DNA from: a virus
Length of the DNA stretch: 64,000 nucleotides
Virus record (IMG/VR): IMGVR_UViG_3300046453_000063
Span: 1 to 64,000 of that record
Reading direction: 5' to 3' (one strand)
The notes below the pieces were generated by a model that was given only the letters and a program-made list of their open reading frames with translations, did not search any database and was not told where the DNA came from. The translations under genes were made by a program, and so were the position numbers. Positions 46,835-55,918 of this stretch are shown one piece after another (position 1 is the stretch's first letter; each line of letters opens with the position of its first letter).

Positions 46835-49800
46835 TTGATAATAAAAATAATAAATGCAAAAGATGGTCATTGGTACAAAGATGCAGTAGGATTTAATTTT
46901 GATGCTGAACTAAAAGTTAATCCTAAATTCCAAACAAGATACTATCAACTGCTAAACACAGAAAGGAATCAATCTTACTTTGTAGATGATGAGTTTGAAT
47001 TATTGTTTTTATTGTCTGGATGTAAGGGTGTCGAATATTGGGATGCTATGAGAACATGGGAGGAGGAATAAAGATGGAGCAAGAATGTACTAATGGATGT
47101 GGAAAATTGGAAAGTGTGCGTGGTCATATTGAGACAAATGACGGACGTACATATTTTAAAGTGGATATTTTATATTGTCCAGATTGCCTATGTATAGAAT
47201 ATGTTGATGCAAATTTATAGGACGATCAAAGGCTGCTTTTATCAAAAATTATGAGGAGAGATAAAATGATTGGATATCTAAATAGTAAATCGGAGAAGCA
47301 AATTGAGACGATGCTGAACAATTTTGAGAAACTAAATAAACACTATCTTCAAGAAGTTACCATTGTTAACGAATTTGCAGGTCATTGCTTTGACATTGGA
47401 CAAAAGGTACTACTCGTAGACATTATTGATGCTGAAATTCCACTATATAAGGCAGTTGATTTAGAACATAAGCAAAAATGTGTAATCCAAGAAGATGAGT
47501 TTGAAGTTGGATTTAACACAACTTTTAAGGAGGTTGAACCATGGAACTAACCAATAGTCAAAAAACAACGGTGTTTCAAACTATCGAAGACAAACTTTTT
47601 ACACTGCAATATAAAATTTGGGACTATGAAAAACTTGAACAAACTAAAGAAATGGTTTTTCATATCAATAATCTTAAGAAAGACCAAACAGAGCTTCGTG
47701 AAGTAAGAGATATGCTACAAAGAGAGATTGAACTTAGCACAAAATAAATATTAGGAGGGAATTATAAATATATGACAATGATCTATAAAGTTGAACAAAT
47801 TGATTATATGGGTTATCCAGCCTACGAAAAATATTTTAGTGGCAAGAATAATGCCGAACAGGACTTTGAAGATCGACTACTACATATTAAGAAAACAGAA
47901 AACATTGTTGACCCAGAAGAACATTATAAAGAGAACGAAATTTTACTAGGAGAAAACAATAAAATTAAGACTGAAACTGTTTGGTATTGGGAAAGAACGA
48001 GTTATGAATATGAAGAATATGATAGGTATCCCATTGAACTAAACATTAGAGAGATTGAATTGAATTAAATAAAGGGAGTTGAGTAAATGACAATATATAA
48101 AGGCGATTACTATTGTGAAAAGTGCCGACCAGAGCATTATGTTACTTTGTCCTATGAAACACCTACGTGTCCCTGCTGTGGATCGAAAATGACTGAATTT
48201 TTCACGGACGATTAAAAATGATCATCTAAAAAACCGCTAAAACATTGGGTTTTTTAGATGACAAAACTTTATAAAATGAGACTTTCATTAAAATAAAAGG
48301 AGATAAGATATGGATAATGATAAATTAACAACAGAACATGAATTGTTTATTTCGATTGGATTAAAAGTTCCTATTAAACCTTCTGTATTTAGTAAAGAGA
48401 TTGACTCAATGATATTTGAAAATATTGGATACGTACAAAGCTGGGGAGTACACACTAAACACGAATACATAGAGTTGTGTAGTTCATTACAAGATAGACT
48501 GAATAAAGTAACAGACGCTCTAACTTGGATTAGAAAGAATTATGAAGAAGATTGGACATATGAAGAGGGCATAGGTGAGGCCGTATCTGGTATCATTCTA
48601 TCACTGGAAAATGCCTTAGATATTACCTAATGAAAACTGAAATTTATCAAGAAAAAAGGGAGGTAGTCTCAATGGAAGTTGGTTATACATTAAAGGGAAA
48701 ATGGTTGGGAGAAGACTGGCGAAGCAATATCTTCACCGATGCAGAGGATTGTAGTTCTCTTTATTGGAAACTTATTAATGACCGAGATTATGAATCTCTC
48801 AAAGAACATATTGTGTATATGCATTTTTAAGAAATTAAGTATGACTAAATTCAGATAAAACTTTACTTTTATGAATAAATATACGAGGGAGAATAAATAT
48901 GAAAAATTATGAAGAATATGAAAAATACTTTAAAAATGGAGAGCTAGACATTCTAAGTAAATACACCTCGATTTACAAAAAGACTAAAAATAGGAGAATT
49001 AAAAAGAAAAATTTCAAGAAACTTAAAAAAGACCTCTTCTTACTTATGGATAAAATTTTAACAATAAAAATTCAGGAACAGTTTGATTATTTCGTCAAGG
49101 TTGAAGATTCAATTAAATTTAACAAATAAGGAGATGATTTAGAATGAAAATATTCTTATTAATTGAACTCGATATTCTTTGCGAATCAACTAGGGTACAT
49201 AGCGCATATTTTAATATCAAAGACGCAGAAACAAAGAAGATAGGACTAGAAGAACTATGCGAAGCAAAAGAAGCTACGTACATTGATTATATGCATTCAG
49301 ACGATGAAGAAGATTCTCCAGATTCAGACTTTGATTATGTTTACTTAATTCAAGAAATTGAAGTTCATTAGTGGTGGTTTAAAATAAACTCAATTTTATG
49401 AAGAAGAGGTGAATTGTATTGGAACGATTCTTTTTAAAAACAAATGAAATTACAAAAGAAACATATTTATTAGAAGTAGATGGAGATTTTTATGGTCATG
49501 ACATGCAGAACATGGTAATTGCTAAATTTTATAATCAAGATTATGCAAAAAGAGTATGCTTTTTATTAAATGAGGATTTGTGAGTTGTTAATAAAATATA
49601 GTGAGAGGTGATTTTATGATTGAATTGAACAAGTCTCAAATCCTAGAAATTGTCATGGATCAATTAACGATTCTACACAATCAAACACCATCAAGCATTA
49701 AGGTGAATATTGATTGGCTAAAATTTCGATATGATAAATATAATTCTGAATGGCACTTTATTGTAAAAGATATTGATGAAGGCATTCTAAAATATGCCGT

Positions 49801-50986
49801 GCGTGATTACTATGGTTATCCATCGGTACGATATGTCACATATCAAAAACTTGGTGACTGTATTGCTAGAACGTTTCCTGAAATGGTTAGAGTTGAGTTT
49901 GATTTTAAAGTTAAGGATGATATTACATTGAAAACCACAATGGGCAATGCAGAAGTTATGGAGTTAATTGATATTGTGGCTAGAGTGTATCATGATGACA
50001 AGGCAGAAATTAAGCAGGATGAACTACGTGATCTGATTGATTTGTCATTAGTGATGGGTGATAAAGTATGGTTCGAGGAATTGACAGATACATATAAAAA
50101 CATTAATAAATAAATATACGTAATTAAACGATACAATGAAAATCATAAATTTTATTAAGAAAATGGTGACTATATGAAAGTATTTTATTCTGACGACCAT
50201 GATGGACATTATCCTGTGGGTGTGTGCTCAATCATTATTGCAGAGAACGAAGTAGTTGCAAGAAATAAACTTAAGAATAAACTTATTGAACACGGTTTAA
50301 GTGCAGAAATAAGCTTTAATTTACATGAAATAAACACAGAAAAATCAGAAGCATACATAATTTTAGATGGTGATTATTAAGTAAATTACAATCAATCGAA
50401 ATCCAGATTTTATTAATAAAATAAAAAGGAATGATACTAATGTTTCAGTTAGAAGATATTAAAATTTATCACATAATGCACAATCAGTTTCAGGATGCTG
50501 TTGATCAAATTATTCAATTCTATAATGAAATTAATGATAGAGATGATGAGATCGAGAATATTAGGTCAGCCCATGACGGATTTTCAGTTGAAGTTTATCA
50601 ATGGGTGGGCGGAGGATATCAGGATAGTAACACGATAAATATCAGTTTTGATTTGCTCACGAACGAAGAATTATTTAACCATCTTGCACAACAAGCAGAT
50701 GACGCTAGAACAAAAAGAGAAAGGCTCAAAGAGGAAAGAGAGTATGAAAAGAAAAACAAACAAATCGAAGAAGCGATGAAGTTTCTTAAGGATAACGGAA
50801 AACTATGATAAATCGTTAGTTTTATCATGAAAAGGAGTGTTGATAAATGTGTCATTGTAAATATTGTGATGAATCAGAAGAAGAGAACGGATTTTGGGGA
50901 GATGTTTATTTCTATGTGGAAGAGAATAAATGCGATAAAGAAACAGCTATGAAAGCCATAGAAACGATATACGAGGAATTTTGTAA
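46835..50986 (+). other. Cluster of small hypothetical genes delimited by dyad sites
   Basis: ORF track plus RBS. Confidence 0.75.
49601..50113 (+). CDS. IDEAL-domain protein
   Basis: C-terminal LIDLSLVMGDKVWFEELT. Confidence 0.6.
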   Translation: MRGDFMIELNKSQILEIVMDQLTILHNQTPSSIKVNIDWLKFRYDKYNSEWHFIVKDIDEGILKYAVRDYYGYPSVRYVTYQKLGDCIARTFPEMVRVEFDFKVKDDITLKTTMGNAEVMELIDIVARVYHDDKAEIKQDELRDLIDLSLVMGDKVWFEELTDTYKNINK

Positions 50987-51011
50987 AAGAACCATTTCAT
51001 GAGGAATAATA

Positions 51012-51055
51012 TTTAATGAATAAATATATACATATTGCAATATACATGATATAAT
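51012..51055 (+). promoter_or_regulatory. SigA promoter of the par operon with repeat variant TTTAATGAATAAATATA
   Basis: TATACA(51027-51032)-17 bp-TG.TATAAT(51050-51055). Confidence 0.7.
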
Positions 51056-51128
51056 CAACTTATAAGGTTTGTATGACAAGTACATCAAAATGATTTACTT
51101 TGCATTAAGCATATGAGGAGGTTATATC

Positions 51129-52088
51129 ATGTCTTCAATTGTAACACCTGAACTTAGTGTAGTCGATTTGGGATTTAGCTACACCAAGGCCAAGAAAGGT
51201 AGGACGATCTATCTTCAGCCCTCAATAACTGGTGAACCACAACCCATGTTTGAACAGAATATTAAATCCAATTATTTCTCATACAACGATGAACTGTTTA
51301 TTGGAGAATTGGCACAGCAGTTTAGCGATATCAAATACTTTTCACTTAAAGATAATAAGAGTGAAGCAATGACATCAGATGTTCTACTGAAAACTGCACT
51401 AGGGTATCTCAACAAAAGCAAACCCTTCAACATGATTACTGGATTGCCAGTCTTGTTCTACTTTAAACAAATGGCCGATATGGAGAAGTTATTGGACTCA
51501 CTATCAGAACAAAGTACATATAACATTAAAAAAGGGAACAGAGAAATCAATGATATTAAACTTAATATGAATAAATATAAGATATATCCGCAAGGATATG
51601 GAATTGCAATGAGTTTTCTTTTAGATAAACAGGGTAAGCTCATCAACACGTATGTGGCAAGAAAGAAGATACTCGTTATTGATCTGGGCTTTTACACTCT
51701 AAATTTATTGGGACTTGATAAATTAGACATTATGAAGGAATCGACTAGTTTACTGCTGGGGGTTGAAAAGGCATATAAATTGCTTAGAAAATACCTGATT
51801 GAACATGTAGGTAAATCACCATCAATTTATGAACTTGATCAGCACGTAAGATCAGGCTCATATGAAGGATATAATATCAAACCTTTAATCAGAAAAGCAT
51901 TCCAGGCATTAGCCATTCAAATTCAGAATGAAGTCGAAGGATTAAACATCAACTTTGATCATTACTTTATAGGCGGTGGTGCTGCTCATCATATCTATGA
52001 TCTACTTACTCTAAACAATAAGATGCTTTTTGGTCAATTGGCTCAGGTTGAAGGCTATGAGAATGTTGGGGTGAGATTGTGGGGGTAA
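51129..52088 (+). CDS. ParM/StbA-like actin ATPase
   Basis: VDLGFSYTK, TGLP, PQG, IDLGFYT, IGGGA actin-fold motifs. Confidence 0.85.
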   Translation: MSSIVTPELSVVDLGFSYTKAKKGRTIYLQPSITGEPQPMFEQNIKSNYFSYNDELFIGELAQQFSDIKYFSLKDNKSEAMTSDVLLKTALGYLNKSKPFNMITGLPVLFYFKQMADMEKLLDSLSEQSTYNIKKGNREINDIKLNMNKYKIYPQGYGIAMSFLLDKQGKLINTYVARKKILVIDLGFYTLNLLGLDKLDIMKESTSLLLGVEKAYKLLRKYLIEHVGKSPSIYELDQHVRSGSYEGYNIKPLIRKAFQALAIQIQNEVEGLNINFDHYFIGGGAAHHIYDLLTLNNKMLFGQLAQVEGYENVGVRLWG

Positions 52089-52375
52089 AAGTTGTAATGG
52101 CTAGGCTAAGACCAAAAAAAGATGAGGATATCAAGAAGGCTCTTAGTAATTTACCTCCATATTATGATGAGAGCGATATTCTCAGAGAAGCATTAAGACA
52201 ATTTCTGTTTGGACACAAAGGAAGGATTCCACAATTACTTGGAAGTCAGGTATTTGTTGAAGAGAAAAACAGCAATGTTGCAGTAACAATTGATCAAAAA
52301 GTCCAACTAGAGCAGATAGAGACTGACGATGAAGATGAGTTAGAAGCAGCGCTAAATAAGTTTATTACCGAGTAG
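52079..52375 (+). CDS. ParR-like ribbon-helix-helix adaptor
   Basis: Overlaps parM; ARL....DEDI...L.......ESDILREALR with an acidic tail. Confidence 0.65.
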   Translation: MGVKVVMARLRPKKDEDIKKALSNLPPYYDESDILREALRQFLFGHKGRIPQLLGSQVFVEEKNSNVAVTIDQKVQLEQIETDDEDELEAALNKFITE

Positions 52376-52389
52376 GCTATGCCTACTTG
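52372..52389 (+). terminator. Hairpin after the par operon
   Basis: agtaggc-tat-gcctact. Confidence 0.5.
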
Positions 52390-52673
52390 ATACATATAAA
52401 AAAGAAAATGTAAAGGAGATGATTGTTATTACAGAAGTCAAACCAATTAGACCAACCGTTATAGAATTTGACACACAAGAAGAATATAATGCTTTCGTTG
52501 AGTACGCAACAAGTACAGAACCCGACAATTCAGAAGGAATGCAGCAACTAAGAGAGATGATGAAAAATCATAAACGAGCAAAGGAAAGAAAATAAATATA
52601 TACATATGAAAGAGGTGTTTTATGATAAATATGGGTTTAAAAAATAAACATAGCGATATTTGGTGGTGGGATT

Positions 52674-53372
52674 ATTAAGGAAAAAGATACAAAAAAATGC
52701 TCGATTTGCGGTAGTGAAAACAGAGTGTTTTTCAACAAAAGAATTGAAAAACTATTGTGCGATAAGCACAGCAAGCAACTAAGCAGATATGGGGAAATAC
52801 AAGAGAGGAATAGTCGTGACCCAAACGAAATTGTTGACTGTGGAGAATATTTGGAAATCATTATGTATGATAGAAAATTTAACGAAACCAGTAGAGCGAA
52901 AATAGATAAAGAAGATGAATGTAAAATAAATAAATATAAGTGGCACCTTGATTCAGATGGATATGCACATAATGGCAATGGAAAAAGAGGTCACATTTTA
53001 ATGCAAAATTTAATAATGAGTCCCAGTGAAGGGGAAATTGTTGATCATAAAGAATGGGACAGATTAGACAACAGAAAAGAAAACCTAAGAATCACTGACT
53101 ATTCAGGAAATAGCGCAAACACAAGAATACATAGGAATAATAAAACTGGAGTCACTGGTGTAATGGTTCGCTCAGAGTATGGAACTTGGAGAGCATGTAT
53201 CACACACAAAGGAAGGGCGATAGAATTGGGATCTTATAAAACCAAAAAAGATGCCGTGAGAGCACGATTGACAGCAGAAATAAAATACTACCCAGACTTA
53301 CCTCCCCAAAGACATTTATTTGAAGAATATGGAATTAGTGTAGAAGAGGGAGGTGCTAGTGTAGATGTGTAA
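52674..53372 (+). CDS. HNH-AP2 homing endonuclease
   Basis: VDHKEWDRLDNRKENLR (HNH_3), GVTGV...WRACI...LGSY (AP2); frame extends to ATT 52674 and adds a CSIC motif. Confidence 0.85.
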   Translation: MKEKDTKKCSICGSENRVFFNKRIEKLLCDKHSKQLSRYGEIQERNSRDPNEIVDCGEYLEIIMYDRKFNETSRAKIDKEDECKINKYKWHLDSDGYAHNGNGKRGHILMQNLIMSPSEGEIVDHKEWDRLDNRKENLRITDYSGNSANTRIHRNNKTGVTGVMVRSEYGTWRACITHKGRAIELGSYKTKKDAVRARLTAEIKYYPDLPPQRHLFEEYGISVEEGGASVDV

Positions 53373-54792
53373 TCAATGTAATTCAATACTACTACACAAT
53401 CACACTGACAGAGGCTCTAATCTCAAACTTCGAGATACCACAAACACCATAGAGGGATTGATTCAAACAGCACATGATATGGGGCATAAGGGATTAGCCA
53501 TAACCGACCACGAGTCTGTAAGTTCACATGTAAAAGCAATACAAATCACCGAACAACTAAAAAGGGATGGAAAAATAGCTCAAGACTTTAAACTAATCTT
53601 GGGCAATGAAATTTATCTAGTGGAGAACACAGAAGAGATTCGTACCAACTATAAATCTGGTGTAACGAAGTTTCCACATTTCCTGTTACTTGCCAAGGAT
53701 GCAGTCGGTCATGAGCAAATTCGCTATATGAGTTCTAAAGCTTGGGCAGATTCTTTTTACACTGGACCCATGCTAAGAACTCCAACTGAAAGAGGATTGC
53801 TTGAATCAATAATTAAAAGAGATCCTGGACACTTGATTGCTTCTAGTGCATGTCTGGGGTCTCCACATTGTATCTATCTACTTGAAATGAAAGCACACCA
53901 CGAAAATAATGACTTAGAGAAAGCAAAAGAAAGTTATAAAAAAGTTTGCGATTTCACTGAATGGTGTATTGATGTGTTTGGGAAAGATGATTTTTATCTC
54001 GAACTCCAGCCAGCTTATAGTGAGGAACAAATATATTGTAATAAACAATTACTTAAACTCTCTAATAAATATGGTCTTAAATACATAATCACTACTGATA
54101 GCCACTTTCTGCGTCCAGAAGATCGAATTGTACATAAGGCATTCTTGAATGCCAAAGAAGGAGAACGTGAGGTAGATGCTTTTTATGAAGCTACTTTTGT
54201 TCAAACGATTGATGAGATGTCAGAGCGACTAAATTATCTGGAACATGAAGTAATCAAAACAGCCTTAGACAATACAATAGAAATTGGGAATAAAATTAAA
54301 GACTACACAATTCTTAAACCGACTGTCATTCCCAAGATTGATTTACCTGACTTTAATCTTCGTGGAACTTTCAGATCTGTATATGGAAAATATGAATTTA
54401 TAAATAAAATGGCACACTCAGAAAACCCACAGGACAGATATATAGTTAAATTGATCGAAGATGGTTTTTATGAATACTTGCCCTACAATACATATTCAAC
54501 TGAGAAATTGCATTCTGTGGCTGGACGGATCAATGTTGAACTAGGTGAACTCTGGAAGATTTCAGAAACTCTTAATCAGTCAATGGCGAGTTATTATATT
54601 ACTGTCAGAGAAATTGTAAACGTAATTTGGGATGATGATTGCGGAAATAGTCTTGTGGGTGTTTCTCGTGGGTCTGCTGCTGGATATCTAATTTGCTTTC
54701 TTTTGGGTATCACACAAGTTAATCCACTTGAGTATGGAATTGAAATGCCACATTGGAGACATCTTACAGCCGAAAGACCTGAATTCCCGGAT
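53365..54792 (+). CDS. dnaE: DNA polymerase III alpha, exon 1 (PHP domain and start of palm)
   Basis: LHNHT, AITDHE, TDSH, SRGSAAG; ends ERPEFPD. Confidence 0.92.
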
Positions 54793-55918
54793 GGTTTAAC
54801 GTCCCTTCATACAGTAATGTATGTCGATCACCCTGTGAACGTCTAACAAACGGTGTGACTTTAAAAGTTGCTAACGGAGAAACCCTACTTCAATGGAAGG
54901 GGCAATTCCGTGCCAAGTTTCAATCTTTTATGCCAATTTGTAATATAGTCTCATCCAAGAAATGAGGCTAAAGCATTTTAAATGATAAATATTATGGATT
55001 TGTATATATAACTACAAATCACATTAACAACAAAAAATATATAGGAATACATACAAAATTTGATGATAACTATCTTGGTAGTGGGTTGCTTATTACTAGA
55101 GCCATCCAAAAATATGGAGCTGAGAATTTTTCAAGAGAAATTCTGTGCTATGCAGACTCATACGAAGAACTGGGGCAATTAGAAAGAGCATACATAAAGA
55201 AGTATAACGCAGCCATCAGCGATAACTTCTACAATATCCACGAAGGAGGCTACGGAGGAAATACTCAACTTGGATGGGATCGCACCAAGAAGGTAAAATT
55301 CTCTGAGAAAATGAGAGAAATAACACTTGGCAGTAAAAACGGACATTTTGGGAAAACTCATTCTGAAACCACAATAAACAAACTCAGAAATATCAGAATA
55401 GAATATTGGGAAAACATCGATCCAGTAACCAAAGAACATTTTAGAGAAAAAATGAAAGAAGTGGTAAGTGGAGAGAAAAATCCAAACTACGGAAATAAAT
55501 GGTCCGATGAACAAAAACTTAAATTAAGCAATCTGAAAATAACTTCTGAAATGCATGTGGGAATAAAAAATGGAATGTATGGTAAAAAGGGAACCGAGGC
55601 TTTAAACGGAAAAGCAATCTACATGTATAATACAAATTATGAATTTGTGCAGTGTTTCACTACTAGACAACTTGCTCTTGAGTTTCTTGGACTGAAAGGG
55701 CATGTTAAATTAGTTGAAGCTATAAAAACAGGAAGACTATATCACAATCATTATTGGCATAATGAAAAGATTGAAAAAGGTGTAGAGGCCATCGAAAACA
55801 CTAGCTTAAGCTAGGAAGTGAGTAGAGTAGGATAGGAGAATGGTTACTATCCGAAGTGCAGGGCATCCCCTACAGGATGATGATATGGTGCGCCCCATTT
55901 GTAAGAATGGAACAGGCG
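54793..55918 (+). mobile_element. Group I intron (IA-like) in dnaE
   Basis: Exon ends in U (GGAT pairs with GTCC, U.G wobble, P1) and the intron ends in G. Removal restores FPD|IDIDTE. P3 ccctgtg/tgcaggg, P4-like gctaacgg...ccgtgccaag and J8/7 gatat are visible. Confidence 0.92.
54975..55814 (+). CDS. Intron-encoded GIY-YIG homing endonuclease with NUMOD3 repeats
   Basis: YGFVYITTNHINNKKYIGIH lies in frame upstream of the ORF-track start; FGKTHSETT, NPNYG, NGMYGK repeats; probable ATT start at 54975. Confidence 0.88.
   Translation: MLNDKYYGFVYITTNHINNKKYIGIHTKFDDNYLGSGLLITRAIQKYGAENFSREILCYADSYEELGQLERAYIKKYNAAISDNFYNIHEGGYGGNTQLGWDRTKKVKFSEKMREITLGSKNGHFGKTHSETTINKLRNIRIEYWENIDPVTKEHFREKMKEVVSGEKNPNYGNKWSDEQKLKLSNLKITSEMHVGIKNGMYGKKGTEALNGKAIYMYNTNYEFVQCFTTRQLALEFLGLKGHVKLVEAIKTGRLYHNHYWHNEKIEKGVEAIENTSLS

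Larger units (their letters stand above)
552..51000. repeat. Dispersed 18-bp dyad ATRAAW-N6-TTTYAT at gene junctions (about 37 copies)
   Basis: Copies start at 552, 1134, 2088, 5214, 5804, 7051, 7707, 7931, 10545, 11231, 12928, 13186, 13701, 13946, 14713, 15283, 19676, 21417, 22609, 23228, 23441, 24575, 24820, 26318, 28972, 29261, 30545, 31533, 34611, 44707, 45881, 47225, 48271, 48855, 50396, 50808, 50983. Confidence 0.9.

Noticed and set aside
49382-50155. Degenerate dyad candidates at 49382 and 50138 (also 91, 214, 13391)
   Set aside because: Only one arm matches, so they are not counted among the 37
552-51000. Dyad repeats as a CRISPR array or as intrinsic terminators
   Set aside because: They are dispersed and separated by whole genes, no cas genes are present, and the stems are AT-only and often mismatched as RNA
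54793-55918. ORF-track ends of the dnaE pieces (54846, 55856) as true termini of a split gene or intein
   Set aside because: Group I intron boundaries restore PDIDID exactly, and there are no intein motifs
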